IMG/VR virus record: IMGVR_UViG_3300027627_000003
Coordinates: 1 to 64,000 of that record
Length of the DNA stretch: 64,000 nucleotides
Direction: 5' to 3' (one strand)
Source of the DNA: a virus
Taxonomy: Duplodnaviria > Caudoviricetes
Shown here piece after piece: positions 1 through 10,400 of the stretch (positions are counted from its first letter, which is position 1; each line of letters opens with the position of its first letter). Below the pieces are notes generated by a model, which was given only the letters and a program-made list of their open reading frames with translations, was not told the DNA's origin and did no database searches. The translations under genes were made by a program, and so were the position numbers.

Positions 1-64
1 CGATCTGCACATACCACCTTCCGACTACAAAGTTGCCAAGTTTTGATTCAGAAACTAATAACAT
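1..64 (-). CDS. 5' part of a hypothetical protein running off the window edge (MLLVSESKLGNFVVGRWYVQI...)
   Basis: ATG at 62-64 on the minus strand preceded by an AGGAG-like RBS; frame open to the edge. Confidence 0.5.
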   Translation of the reverse strand, partial: MLLVSESKLGNFVVGRWYVQI

Positions 65-141
65 AAATGCTCCTAGCAGTAACCTTTGTCTAAAAGGGTG
101 TTTAGCTCTTTAAGCACCTGTGCAACACCCGCCTTGGATTC

Positions 142-182
142 TAAGCTTATAGCAACATTAAGCTTATAGCAACATTAAGCTT
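142..182. repeat. 17-bp tandem duplication TAAGCTTATAGCAACAT x2.4
   Basis: Copies at 142-158 and 159-175, partial at 176-182. Confidence 0.95.
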
Positions 183-218
183 TTGGGTAAGTTCTTGTGT
201 TTTAGCTAAGTAGTCTTG

Positions 219-242
219 TTTAGCCTTTAGCCTTTAGCCTTT
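219..242. repeat. 7-bp tandem repeat TTTAGCC x3.4
   Basis: Copies at 219-225, 226-232, 233-239. Confidence 0.95.
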
Positions 243-295
243 GGGGATAAAAGAACCCTGCTCTCGAAGATGGGTGTCGCTGTAGAATAGAATCT

Positions 296-520
296 TCACT
301 TCTTTTCAATCTCCAGAAAACCAAGATCCAAGCTTGTATCTTCTGGAACGGTGTCCCAGAAGGTCAGAAATATAAGATGACCTTCAGCTCTTCTTTTAGC
401 AAGAAATTCTAAAGGATGCTGATCAATGACAGCATTATAATCTCCTCTCTTAACTTGGTACCGTAAGCGTCGGGAGTGAGTGTTAGAATCGAAGTGATAG
501 ACTACGAAGTATCTATTCAT
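296..520 (-). CDS. Hypothetical protein, paralogue of 63040..63198
   Basis: 74-aa ORF with RBS; shares YFVxY, NAxIxxHPxEF and TFW motifs with the small ORF upstream of the RT. Confidence 0.75.
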   Translation of the reverse strand: MNRYFVVYHFDSNTHSRRLRYQVKRGDYNAVIDQHPLEFLAKRRAEGHLIFLTFWDTVPEDTSLDLGFLEIEKK

Positions 521-710
521 CTGGTTCCTTCTTAGTTTTTCCGCTACACATAGCGTCAGCTTCTTTGTGCTCTTCCCACCACTCTAGGCTTTCCTTATCG
601 GCAAACGCTTCTTTAAGACCGTTTGTTTCAATGAACCGCAACGCAGTGAAACACACGCCCACGAAATTCAAATGACCTAGGAGTATCTGATTGAAGTCGT
701 GAGTCCTCAA
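513..710 (-). CDS. Hypothetical phage protein (WWEEHKEAD motif)
   Basis: 65-aa ORF coupled to the next gene. Confidence 0.55.
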   Translation of the reverse strand: MRTHDFNQILLGHLNFVGVCFTALRFIETNGLKEAFADKESLEWWEEHKEADAMCSGKTKKEPDE

Positions 711-776
711 TAGGGGAGCCTAGCTTACGGAGTTTTAAATAGCAAGCGATAGCTCTACTACGGCTATTGCGTGTTA

Positions 777-1010
777 CTATCTGCGTAAGTATTTGCCGTG
801 TTTCCCATCCTTAATGATGTAGTTAATTTGATCTTCGTAATAGAAGCGAATGGTTGCCTTGTCTTTGGGGGATAAATTTGCAATTCCCAAGTCTTGTAAT
901 TTATTAATTGCCTCGTCAATCACATTGTAGATTTCTATGCGTAAGTATTTGCTGTCAGCATTTGGTATGGCGGCGTATTTACCCTCCAATTTCGTTAGAA
1001 ATTTATTCAT
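777..1010 (-). CDS. Hypothetical protein
   Basis: 77-aa ORF with AGGAGG RBS. Confidence 0.7.
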   Translation of the reverse strand: MNKFLTKLEGKYAAIPNADSKYLRIEIYNVIDEAINKLQDLGIANLSPKDKATIRFYYEDQINYIIKDGKHGKYLRR

Positions 1011-1094
1011 GATAACCTCCTAATTTGTAAACTTTTCTATCACTGCCTTAGCTAACCTATCCCTGGGTTTATTTAACCTACTTACTAATTTACG

Positions 1095-1697
1095 CTAGGC
1101 TATGCTCCCGTTGACGTATACCACATTACTGCCGATGCAATGTTCTCCGAGGTAAGCAGACCAAAGCTTATATTCCGGCTCAATGAACTGCGATAAAAAA
1201 ATCATAGGTAGCTGCCAGAACATACGGTATCCATTTCTAGTCAATTTCTCATGCATATCTACATCAACACTTAGCATTTTTTCTTCTTTAAATTTATTTA
1301 CTCCTAACCAAGCTGATTTTTTTAATAAAATAAAAAAACCACTAAATGCTTGTAAAAATGGCGGTACATTATTTGTAACGTCAATAGTTGTACTACCGTA
1401 AGCATCTTTTAGGGATGCACCAAATTTTCTATGGTATTCTATATCGTTTGATACTTTGTCTACATTTGGAGCAATTTGCCAAGGACAACCTATCCTATTT
1501 GTATAACAAGTAAAGCAGCTATACGATGGATTTTCTTTAATGGCTTTTTCAATCACGAACCCATAATCATAAGTTGTAAAAGTAGCATCTCCGTCCACAA
1601 AACAACCCCATGCGCCATCAGGTAATAAACTCATAAAAGAGTTATAATATTTACCTATATTTTTTTCCGTATTAAAGGGCATGGAATAATAAATCAT
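1095..1697 (-). CDS. GT-A fold glycosyltransferase-like protein; C-terminus possibly chimeric
   Basis: WGCFVDGD (DxD), SGFFILLKKSAW and VDVDMHEK motifs; sequence after TRNGYR lacks the usual terminal His motif. Confidence 0.6.
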   Translation of the reverse strand: MIYYSMPFNTEKNIGKYYNSFMSLLPDGAWGCFVDGDATFTTYDYGFVIEKAIKENPSYSCFTCYTNRIGCPWQIAPNVDKVSNDIEYHRKFGASLKDAYGSTTIDVTNNVPPFLQAFSGFFILLKKSAWLGVNKFKEEKMLSVDVDMHEKLTRNGYRMFWQLPMIFLSQFIEPEYKLWSAYLGEHCIGSNVVYVNGSIA

Positions 1698-2307
1698 AAT
1701 TTCCTATGTAATCTCTCAAACGATTTGGTTAAATTTAATTAAATCCTGAGAAAATTCCTCTGCTATATATTTACTATACTCTTTTTCATCTCTTAAAAAA
1801 GCTTCACTATTATTTGTAAGAATATACATATTATCTATAGGAGCTTTATTTTTACTAAAATGCATATGTTCAATTATTACATCAGGCAAATAGCGTAGCG
1901 AGTTTAAGCCAAGACCCAAATCTTTCCAAAAGTTATCAATATACATATGTTTAATTTTCGGTGGAGCCATAAAGCCGAGAGTGCGTATTATATTAGAATT
2001 CATAATTACGGTGGTGGGTATTTTGTCTTCTTGGATAAGATCGTTACCGTAGGCTATACCGTAAGGTAAATCTTCAATAGAGTTTATTAATTTTTCATCC
2101 CAGCCATGTGTTCTCACCCAATTATCATCACCTAAAAATCCTATATATTCATAGGATTCACAATACTTTTTAGCTAAATTATTTAGCGTCCCGTTTACAC
2201 CCTGTCTGGGTAATATTTCATATATTATATCACCACTCGGCAAATTATCAAATTTAGGGTATTTATGCCAAGCTTTCCCTTGGCGTATGATGGCTAGGAG
2301 GTCAGGC

Positions 2308-3290
2308 ACGATAAAGGTCAAGTTGCCAAGCCGGATCTGTCGTTTGAAACGGGTATCGATTCTGCCAGCTTTAACCTTTGTTCAATCTGATAAAACGTGT
2401 TGATGCCGAGCTACGCCGAACGATCACGTGATCACTATCAGCCTCTAAGATCTTTTAAATTTATTTGGATCAATAACGAGTGGATTTTAACGCCCAAGAA
2501 TACAACGCAAGATTTAGCTAGGTTTTATTTTGGTCTGGACGATGGTTTTCATTTTATTTCCCTTTCAAAGCCGCAATCTCTCCTATCATCAATTATAACA
2601 TCCGACACAACTTCGTCACCCCAAATGTCCCAGTTGACACGAGGTTTTCTGGCGAACATTTCTAAAAATGGTCCAGGCGATATTTTTTCCACCATTTTGA
2701 AAAACTCTGCGGGCTTTTCGGAATGTCTGCCACGCGCCCAATTAAACGCTGTGCCTCCAGTCGCGGAAGCGTTCCTGCCCCCGAATCCGAATGGGTTTCC
2801 TTGGCGCGGACCTTTGCGTGCTATGATTATTTGTTCGGTGTTACACTGAAAACGTCCTACACCCAACCCAGGCTTTATCCACGTCAGCATCGTTACTGGA
2901 TCGAAACCCCAAGCTCGTGCCACGGAAAATCCCCAATCCGCGTGTTGCGATAAGCACCACAGGTAAAGATGCGCCTGGTTTTCCGAGGGTATTTTGAAAG
3001 CGGAAATTTCAGCAACGCTGAGACACTGATACACATTTTGCGGGCGCGGTTTCCCTACAGCCTCTTTCCATGTTGCGCCCAAAGAGGGAAGCCAAGGTGG
3101 ATCAGCCACGATGGTTTTATATTTCTTCACAACTTTCTCCAGTTCAGTTCGCGGCTGTTGACGATAAAGGTCAAGTTGCCAAGCAACACGGATCTGTCGT
3201 TTGAAACGGGTATCGATTCTGCCAGCTTTAACCTTTGTTCAATCTGATAAAACGTGATCACTATCAGCCTCTAAGATCTTTTAAATTTAT
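2308..3290. repeat. Imperfect direct repeat pair 2308-2464 / 3161-3290
   Basis: Identical apart from 4 nt (AACA) missing in copy 1 and a 31-nt segment bounded by ACGTG missing in copy 2. Confidence 0.95.
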
Positions 3291-3346
3291 TAGCTAAATC
3301 TTGCGTTGTATTCTTGGGCGTTAAAATCCACTCGTTATTGATCCAA
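2465..3346. repeat. Perfect 56-bp inverted repeat pair 2465-2520 / 3291-3346
   Basis: TTGGATCAAT...GATTTAGCTA and its exact reverse complement TAGCTAAATC...ATTGATCCAA. Confidence 0.95.
2549..3130 (-). CDS. MT-A70 family N6-adenine methyltransferase
   Basis: TIVADPPW catalytic motif, AHLYLW, TMLTWIKP, TEQII, HSEKP, FLEMFAR. Confidence 0.9.
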   Translation of the reverse strand: MKKYKTIVADPPWLPSLGATWKEAVGKPRPQNVYQCLSVAEISAFKIPSENQAHLYLWCLSQHADWGFSVARAWGFDPVTMLTWIKPGLGVGRFQCNTEQIIIARKGPRQGNPFGFGGRNASATGGTAFNWARGRHSEKPAEFFKMVEKISPGPFLEMFARKPRVNWDIWGDEVVSDVIIDDRRDCGFEREIK

Positions 3347-3522
3347 TATGAGCGTCATCTTCATCAAGACCTAAACATAGATCTGCTAATACAGAATTAT
3401 TTTTGAATGCTTCAAAAAAATGTAAAATTTTAACTTCTCTTTCCCTAGTGGGAACTATTACTAATAATTTTTTCATTTTTTTCCTAGAAATCATTTCGAT
3501 AAGGAAACTATATTTTTACAAG

Positions 3523-3714
3523 TCAAACGCTATCTATAGGTTTGAATTCTAAACTAGGCAAAGTAGTATATGTATAGTCTTCAAGATTGACTACACGTAC
3601 TCCTTCTGATTCTAATATTTCTTCAGGTATTTCATCGGCTAAAAAAATTTCGTCTTCGGTAAGAATTACAAATTTAGGATCGGCAAATCCTAAGTTGATC
3701 ATTTTACCTCCCAA
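3523..3714 (-). CDS. Hypothetical protein
   Basis: 63-aa acidic ORF; probable true start at the internal MINL after a GGAGG RBS. Confidence 0.6.
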   Translation of the reverse strand: MGGKMINLGFADPKFVILTEDEIFLADEIPEEILESEGVRVVNLEDYTYTTLPSLEFKPIDSV

Positions 3715-3905
3715 GTAAAAATATCTTTCATGAGTATTTTTCTGGAATTACGCATAAGATCATCTATTTCTTTTAAAAGATTGCTTGTTTTTTTTATTTT
3801 ATAAAATAAACAAGCCCTAAAAAAAATAGATTTTTTTCTATAAGAATTGAGCTGGACAACAAGGTTGGCACGTTTGTCCATTAAAGACAAGAGAGGTTCC
3901 GGCAT
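3699..3905 (-). CDS. Hypothetical protein
   Basis: 68-aa ORF with AGGAG RBS. Confidence 0.6.
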   Translation of the reverse strand: MPEPLLSLMDKRANLVVQLNSYRKKSIFFRACLFYKIKKTSNLLKEIDDLMRNSRKILMKDIFTWEVK

Positions 3906-3962
3906 TTAGATCTCCTGATAGGTTTAATTTAATCTAAATGCCTGAAAAAATATTGTAAACTA

Positions 3963-4142
3963 CTAGTCGTCTTTTTTAGCAAAAATTTTGCTCAAAGCAA
4001 GCAATTCACTTTTGTCTACATGGTTTTTTTTCCGCTCTATTTTCTTTTTTTCTTCATCATTCTCACCGAGAGCAGCTTTGAGCACACTACCCCCTGTCCC
4101 GTAGAATTGTTTTAGGAATGCCTTTTTTTGTGCTTCATCCAT
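3963..4142 (-). CDS. Small hypothetical protein, 59 aa (MDEAQKKAFLKQFYG...), not in the ORF track
   Basis: AGGAG RBS, upstream sigma70-like promoter, open frame to TAG. Confidence 0.7.
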   Translation of the reverse strand: MDEAQKKAFLKQFYGTGGSVLKAALGENDEEKKKIERKKNHVDKSELLALSKIFAKKDD

Positions 4143-4191
4143 GTCTGTATGCTCCTAAAAGCGAGAGAGGAAAAGAGAGAAAGGGAGTGCC

Positions 4192-4219
4192 ATAGTAGAC
4201 AAGATACAACACTAGTCAA
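4192..4219 (-). promoter_or_regulatory. sigma70-like promoter
   Basis: TTGACT-N16-TACTAT upstream of 3963..4142. Confidence 0.55.
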
Positions 4220-4222
4220 GTT

Positions 4223-4519
4223 TTAACTTGTTGCAGGATAGCCTACACCCATCAAGGTGATCTTTTCATTCTGGGTAAGTAGTGTAACACCAGTAGTCGG
4301 TACGCCAGTAGTCATGTCGATTCTGTTACCGCTTACGGTAAAAAGCTGTGTGGTAGTGTCGGCAAACAGCACCAGAAAATAAGGACCGACATAAGGCACC
4401 GCAAAGGGGTTTGTAGCCGCCAAGTCAAGGTTCATTTGTGAAATAGTACCGGTCTTACCAGTGTAGGTATCAAATACCGTTAGACCAGTAATAAATCGTT
4501 GTAAAGTTTGAAGTGCCAC
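4223..4519 (-). CDS. Hypothetical protein, possibly virion-associated
   Basis: 98-aa Thr/Gly-rich ORF with GGAG RBS. Confidence 0.7.
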   Translation of the reverse strand: MALQTLQRFITGLTVFDTYTGKTGTISQMNLDLAATNPFAVPYVGPYFLVLFADTTTQLFTVSGNRIDMTTGVPTTGVTLLTQNEKITLMGVGYPATS

Positions 4520-4557
4520 GTAATATACTCCTTTGATTTCAATATAATCTTTAAAGT

Positions 4558-4899
4558 CTATGCCGTAAAACTTTGACCTTCCATCGCATACGACAATTGT
4601 TTACGTGGTCTTTTCCATACACCTTTATTTGAGATAAAGTCTAATGCATCAGGCATAGAAATGCACCTTTGTATGCTGGTCGGGGATATGTTTGATCCCT
4701 GCTTGTACCCTAATTTGGGCATTCGCTTCATTATAGTTGCATACTTAGCTTTTGCTTTTTCTCTTTGTCGAGGGTAATAAATTTTAAGGGCTTTACACAG
4801 TGCATTTATACTAACCCACTCATCAACTACAGTCACCTTTGTGTTATCAACATTCAACATAGACACTCTGCCGTTAACATTTAACACTGCCGCCCTCAC
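4558..4899 (-). CDS. Putative DNA-binding protein resembling the P22 antirepressor N-terminal domain
   Basis: WVSINALCKALKIYYPRQREK resembles the P22_AR_N pattern. Confidence 0.4.
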   Translation of the reverse strand: MRAAVLNVNGRVSMLNVDNTKVTVVDEWVSINALCKALKIYYPRQREKAKAKYATIMKRMPKLGYKQGSNISPTSIQRCISMPDALDFISNKGVWKRPRKQLSYAMEGQSFTA

Positions 4900-4911
4900 A
4901 AATTAATAATT

Positions 4912-5019
4912 TTACTTTCTAAAGTTCACATCAATAAACCAAAGAATAAAGATAGTAATAAGCAACCATAGGGGTACTGTATCATGAAAAAAATTCGACC
5001 AAATTTCAGAGATACTCAC
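4912..5019 (-). CDS. 35-aa single-transmembrane peptide, not in the ORF track
   Basis: VSISEIWSNFFHDTVPLWLLITIFILWFIDVNFRK fills the intergenic gap. Confidence 0.4.
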   Translation of the reverse strand: MSISEIWSNFFHDTVPLWLLITIFILWFIDVNFRK

Positions 5020-5061
5020 GTTATAGCCTTTCCCTCATGTTTCCTTCTTAACTCAAGATCG

Positions 5062-7293
5062 TCAAGGCAAAATTATTTTGCCGCTTCGTCTATAAGCCCA
5101 CAAGAATTGATTTTGCAACAATCCACCTACCGGCAGAGTTATTTTTGCTAAGTTAACATAGCCTGCGGCACCGTTATTCCAAGAGTGTGTTACAACAATG
5201 CCCTCACCCTCCACTAGATCAGTTAGACCTGCAGAAGCAGTGGTTTGGTTGGGAAAACGATTTCTGTCAATAGATGCTCCAGTGCTTGTCGCTACTGCGA
5301 CGTTTTCCCAAAGCAAGTTAGTGCCGTCCCACTGTACGTTGTCTGTTAGAGCCGTGGGTACTGAGGTTGGAACAACCAGTATATTCTCAGGAATGGGGTA
5401 GCGACCGCCAAGAGGCATTACTGTGCCATCCCAAAGGATAACTGACGTTCCTTTACGTCTAGCTAAAACGAAATACTTGGTTTTACCTAAACCATCCCCA
5501 GGATAATTGTTTGGCAGCGGTACTGTAGTCGCAACGGTACTTGATGTTATTGCAGTATCAGATCCCGCAAGGTCCCCTTGATTATATGTAAGGTAAACTA
5601 ATTCACCATCATTTAAAGACCATGAATTACTATTGCAATATATTCTCCCTGCTACGTGGGGTAGAGAAATTAAAAGCGTACCAATTAAAGAAACTTCATA
5701 AGCTCCTTCTAGTTCTATATATCCATCATTCTGTAAATACACAGATACATTACTGTATTCAAAAAGTCGTTTTATTAAGGTATCGGTTTTACCAAGCCTT
5801 ACAGTTAAACTTTCGCCTTCAATTCCAACAAAATTATTACTGTAATAAGGATTAGAATCGTTATAGTCATCGGCTCCAATATAGTCGATCAAGCTTTTAG
5901 AAGTTCCATCTATGAAATATTCACCTGTATTACCTGTTGTGGCTGGAAATCTTGTACCTCCACCACCACGCCAAAATAAAGTACTATCAACACAGAAGGC
6001 TAAAACCCACACCTGCCTGTTAGATGAATTATTAGGTATTGATCCAAGTGCCGCAGTCTGGGGAGTTAATGTAACCGGTGTATTATTGAGATTTCTGTCT
6101 AACACATAATAAAGTGCTGTATTGGATGAAATTGTTACAGATAAATCGGGTATAACCCAATAACTAGAACGGTGTGAGGAATATAGTCCCAACTCTGTCG
6201 TAGAGGTTAAAAGATTTGCCGTAGGATCCCAGCTAACTGTACCAGTAGATGTTAATTGGAAGTTGCGTTCCTCATACCTCCACTGTGTCAAAAGATCTAA
6301 AGCAGACGCCCTAGAGGTCAAGTCTTCGCCTGGAGGTCCCGCGTAGTTGTTAGAATAAGTAGGTGTCGAAGCTGTGATTACAGGAGATCCTATATATTGT
6401 AATAACTCTTGAAAATCATCTGCATCATTATTGAGCGTATTAGGCGTATTTGCGCGAAGTAGCGTGGTTGGACTAGTCGTAAGAGTTAAACCATCATTAA
6501 AATGACTAGCCAAAGCTTTTACGTTCACACAAGTATCGATCTTAAAATTACCGTTTTTGACTACACAACTCGTTACCGATACATTTGTGCAGGTAGATAA
6601 ATTAAGTACGTCCGTTGCTATTTTATCAAATAGACAACTATTGATAAAAGAATCCGTTACCGTATCAAAAGTACAGGTACTAGAAGAAAAAGCACATGCG
6701 AATAGAAGTAAGTCACTGACATTATCAGCTAATAGACTTTGTGTGACTACCATATTCTCAAGATGGCATCTGTTGCCAGTAACACTTAAATTAGATACTG
6801 ACATATACCCTAAATATATTTCATTACCACTTAGGTCAAAAACAGAGGCACCAGCTAAAATAGTAGCGGCAGGAGATACCCCTATAAAAACACAATTAGC
6901 CGGTACAGTAACAGAACTAGAAAAAGTATAAGTGCCTTCACGTATTTGGAAGAATTTATAACCGCTAGCTATTGCTGTAGTAAACACAGCATCCGTGTTG
7001 CCCTCAAAGTCGGTTCCACTTCCTGATAAGCCTATAGTTTTCCACGGTATTTTTGCGGCAAGCGTATTACCTAAAGCCGATTGAGTAATATATTCATTAC
7101 CAGCACTCGGAGATACGCTGGCATCTAAAGCCTGTTTTTCTAAAAGGGTAGGTATATGATTGACGATGGAGCTTAGAACGGAAGCGTAATTATCATACTG
7201 GGAAACCGATATAGCAGGATGACTATTAGACGCCAAGATTTTGGTATCTAAAATACTTGCTACGTCAGATGTTTTTATTTTTACATTATCCAT
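5062..7293 (-). CDS. Virion tail fibre/spike protein with pectin-lyase-like beta-helix
   Basis: N-terminus paralogous to the two following genes; AVFTTAIASG...IREGTYTF beta-helix entry motif. Confidence 0.75.
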   Translation of the reverse strand: MDNVKIKTSDVASILDTKILASNSHPAISVSQYDNYASVLSSIVNHIPTLLEKQALDASVSPSAGNEYITQSALGNTLAAKIPWKTIGLSGSGTDFEGNTDAVFTTAIASGYKFFQIREGTYTFSSSVTVPANCVFIGVSPAATILAGASVFDLSGNEIYLGYMSVSNLSVTGNRCHLENMVVTQSLLADNVSDLLLFACAFSSSTCTFDTVTDSFINSCLFDKIATDVLNLSTCTNVSVTSCVVKNGNFKIDTCVNVKALASHFNDGLTLTTSPTTLLRANTPNTLNNDADDFQELLQYIGSPVITASTPTYSNNYAGPPGEDLTSRASALDLLTQWRYEERNFQLTSTGTVSWDPTANLLTSTTELGLYSSHRSSYWVIPDLSVTISSNTALYYVLDRNLNNTPVTLTPQTAALGSIPNNSSNRQVWVLAFCVDSTLFWRGGGGTRFPATTGNTGEYFIDGTSKSLIDYIGADDYNDSNPYYSNNFVGIEGESLTVRLGKTDTLIKRLFEYSNVSVYLQNDGYIELEGAYEVSLIGTLLISLPHVAGRIYCNSNSWSLNDGELVYLTYNQGDLAGSDTAITSSTVATTVPLPNNYPGDGLGKTKYFVLARRKGTSVILWDGTVMPLGGRYPIPENILVVPTSVPTALTDNVQWDGTNLLWENVAVATSTGASIDRNRFPNQTTASAGLTDLVEGEGIVVTHSWNNGAAGYVNLAKITLPVGGLLQNQFLWAYRRSGKIILP

Positions 7294-7495
7294 CTAAATC
7301 ATATTCCTCAAAGGTATCAGGTGGACTTAAATTTTCTATGCGTGGTAATAATTTAAGTTTTCGCCAAGTCATAACTTGGTGGTCATTTGGGTAAAAACAC
7401 CACAAATAATACGCTAATTCTTTTAAATTTTCAGGAGATAGGCTTTCTATATCCATAGTCAAATATGCTTCGGATTTCAAACCGTAAAAAAACAT
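7286..7495 (-). CDS. Small hypothetical protein between tail genes
   Basis: 69-aa ORF coupled to both neighbours. Confidence 0.55.
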   Translation of the reverse strand: MFFYGLKSEAYLTMDIESLSPENLKELAYYLWCFYPNDHQVMTWRKLKLLPRIENLSPPDTFEEYDLDG

Positions 7496-10400
7496 CTAAT
7501 ACCTCTTGAGACGAATATTCGCGTTTACTAAGAAAGCCTCAGTGGGCAAAGTATCTGAGACATGGGCAGGTAATCTTTTTATAGATACTGCAACATGCGT
7601 TGGCACAACACCACCATAGTTAGAAGCATTGGCAAAATTTACAGTAACTACTTCTTCCTCACGTATATCTAATTGCGTTCTGGGAGCGATTACAATTTGA
7701 GACTGAGTAGTACCTATAATTCCTGAGTTATAGTTTTTAAACGTAACATCTATTTGCCAAACAACATTTCCACTACCTGAATTAGAAGTCCAATGTAATT
7801 TTAGGTCAAATGTGCCTGTAGGTAACAAGTGACCAGCCAAAGGCAGTAAAGACATACCTGCTTTAGCGTCAGCAGTTTTTAAGTAAGATAAAACCCCAAG
7901 CCCTAAAATTTGTGTTTTAGATACCCCTGGAGTTAGGGGACATAAAAAATTCATCACTGGTATATTCAATACGTCTATACCACCATAATTATTTGCTTCA
8001 GGATGAGGATAATTACCTTGCCATATACTATCTGTGGATAAACTTTTATCAGGCGAGCCTGCTAAAAAATGATTACCTTCAATTATATGTTTTTCGCCAG
8101 TTAGACTGGTAACCCCAGCAATAAAAAAATTGTTTTTTATCAGAAGTCTATTTGATCCCACTGTAACAAGAGAATCGGTGTTACACTGAAACCTATTATT
8201 TTTTATGGTTAAGTTTTCTACATTACTCAGATTTAAACCATAAGTTCCAATAAAATCATTATCCTCTATAATAACTTCATCGGAAGTTATACTACTAGCG
8301 TAGTAACCTTGAGAATTAAATTTACAGTTTTTAATATATGCCTGCTCGCCTACTACACTAGTGGCGATAGCTTGATTAAAGCTTAAATTTATATTTTCAA
8401 TCTTTGATTTTTTATTCAAAGTAAATATTGGTTGATTCGATGTTTGTGTGAAATTGACGGCAGATGTAGTGTCGCTTAGTGATGCTCCATAAATAGTCAC
8501 ACCTGCAGGTACATTTATTGTAGATGCTATATTGTATGTACCAGGTAACACATATAGTTCTTTTACATAAGGATCACTCAGTGCGGCAGAGAAAGTAGCC
8601 GAAGTATTTCCTTGATAGTCTGCAGCATAACTTGCACCGATAGTTTTCTTTTTATTTATATAAGCGGGAACATTTACTTTATTTTCCCTGTATGTCGTAT
8701 CCGTGCCATTATCCGATAAGATAAAACCGCTTTTTATTTGATTAAATATAAGTGATGTATTTTTAGCTCCAGAACTTATACTGACAGCGGTATTAAGTAC
8801 GTTATTATAAATTTGTGTATCCACAGCAGTGCTTTTAACGGCTACCGGTGCATTTAAACTGCATTCTTGTATGCGACATGACTGTCCAAATACATCAATA
8901 CTTGCAAATAGATAACCAGAAAAGTTACATTTTTTTATCGTTATATTGTCAGCATTTACTGTTATGCCCTTGTGGTTATGTCCCAAGGGTGTGATACCAA
9001 CAAAATTACAATTTTCTATTACGCAATTATTACGTGAAAGGCTAATACCTCTCGTATTAGCGCCTTTTAAAGTAAAGGTAAAACCGCGAACAGTTACCTT
9101 TGCTCTACCTGACAAAATAGATAAAGCATCTGTGAGACATTCCCAAGTAAGGTTTGCTCCACCACTGCGGCATTCTAATAATAGCCCTTCATCTTGTTGC
9201 CAGACTAGGTTTTCAAAAACGTGTCCGGCATACATGGTATAATTACCTGGAAATACCTCTATTGCTTTAAGGTATCCATTATTACCTACGACAAAATTAC
9301 TCGTAATGGTGTGTGTACCACTACCCTGTGAAGTTAAAGCTATAGCATCTCCACCGACTGCAACACTTAAGGATATATAATTGTTATCGATATACTTTAT
9401 ATAATAACGTGCATTTTTATATAGTCCCTCGGGTACTGTTCCGGTGGTAATAAACCCTACTTCAATACCGTCAATAAGACCGTGCGACGGTATATGAATC
9501 GTATTTGCTACAGTGTCAATATCCGCTGCAACAAAATCAAATTGGCTACCAACATCTTCAATATCTAAAAGATCAAAAGGAGATGAAGGTAAAGCTAACC
9601 TAAAATCTGTAAGTGTAGGTGACTTTACTATATACGGTATATTGAGACTGAAGCCTGTAGGTAGCAATCCAGCACTTTTAAAGAAAAATAGGTCACCATC
9701 TTCATATGTATTTGGTGCTTTAAGAATGCCAGGAGAATCAACAACCAATTTGGTTGGCATGTATGTGACACCAGCAAAGGCATTTTGAAAAGCTGCTACA
9801 TCCGATCCTACATAAGAACAAGTCGGATCGGTGCCTACCGTCACATAAGGATTCTTTATTGTGTTTAGTCGTACATCTTGGTTAGTAACATACTTGTTAA
9901 TACCCGATGGTGTCCCGACCGTACCGACCAGTGCGCCTTTTTCATCAGTTGATGGTATCTGCTTTCTTTCATCTACAGTAATGATCTTACCTGAGCCTGC
10001 GTCCGTTATACTTTCTAATAGCGGTAGCTCAAAAACACTATGACTACCAGTTCCTTGTGACAATAATACAATAGAAGGTCCACCTAAAGAGGTGGATAAC
10101 TGTATAGAAATAGGTGTTGTATTTACTGTATAATAAGTAATACCTGTACTTAAAGGGGACGGTAGTACTCCAGTTGTTAATAACTGGATAGGTACTCCAT
10201 CATCAAGCATTGTCTCATTTTTATTTATGTCTTTAGCTAAGAATCCTGTTTGAACATCACTCGGTAAAAAAGTAAAACCATGAGTATGATTTTGACCTAA
10301 TAAAGTAGCCTTCTCTGCCGATGTTATATGTTGAAAAGACACATCTGCATTTTGATTAATAAGCTGTGTATGATCTAGTGTTCCAGTATCTAGATACAAC

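Larger units (their letters stand above)
73..299 (-). pseudogene. Remnant of an SbcD/Mre11-like metallophosphoesterase gene
   Basis: GTG start overlapping the stop of 296..520 reads MKILFYSDTHLREQGSF (SDxH motif I), then jumps to a helical C-terminal fragment; frame is broken by 7-bp and 17-bp tandem repeats. Confidence 0.5.
2268..3346. mobile_element. Mosaic foreign insertion carrying an MT-A70 methyltransferase
   Basis: Flanked by TATG at 2264-2267 and 3347-3350; visibly GC-richer than the flanks; contains internal direct and inverted duplications. Confidence 0.75.
1716..3476 (-). pseudogene. GT2-family glycosyltransferase split by a 1079-bp insertion
   Basis: 3347-3476 encodes MKKLLVIVPTRERE...LGLDEDDAH and 1716-2263 continues in frame as KYPKFD...GFLGDDNWVRT...HMHFS; removing 2268-3346 plus one TATG copy restores a 225-aa ORF. 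Confidence 0.85.

Noticed and set aside
1011-1100. TAG recoding (an in-frame TAG is followed by an open stretch)
   Set aside because: Multi-kb structural ORFs are uninterrupted in the standard code and many genes end properly at TAG
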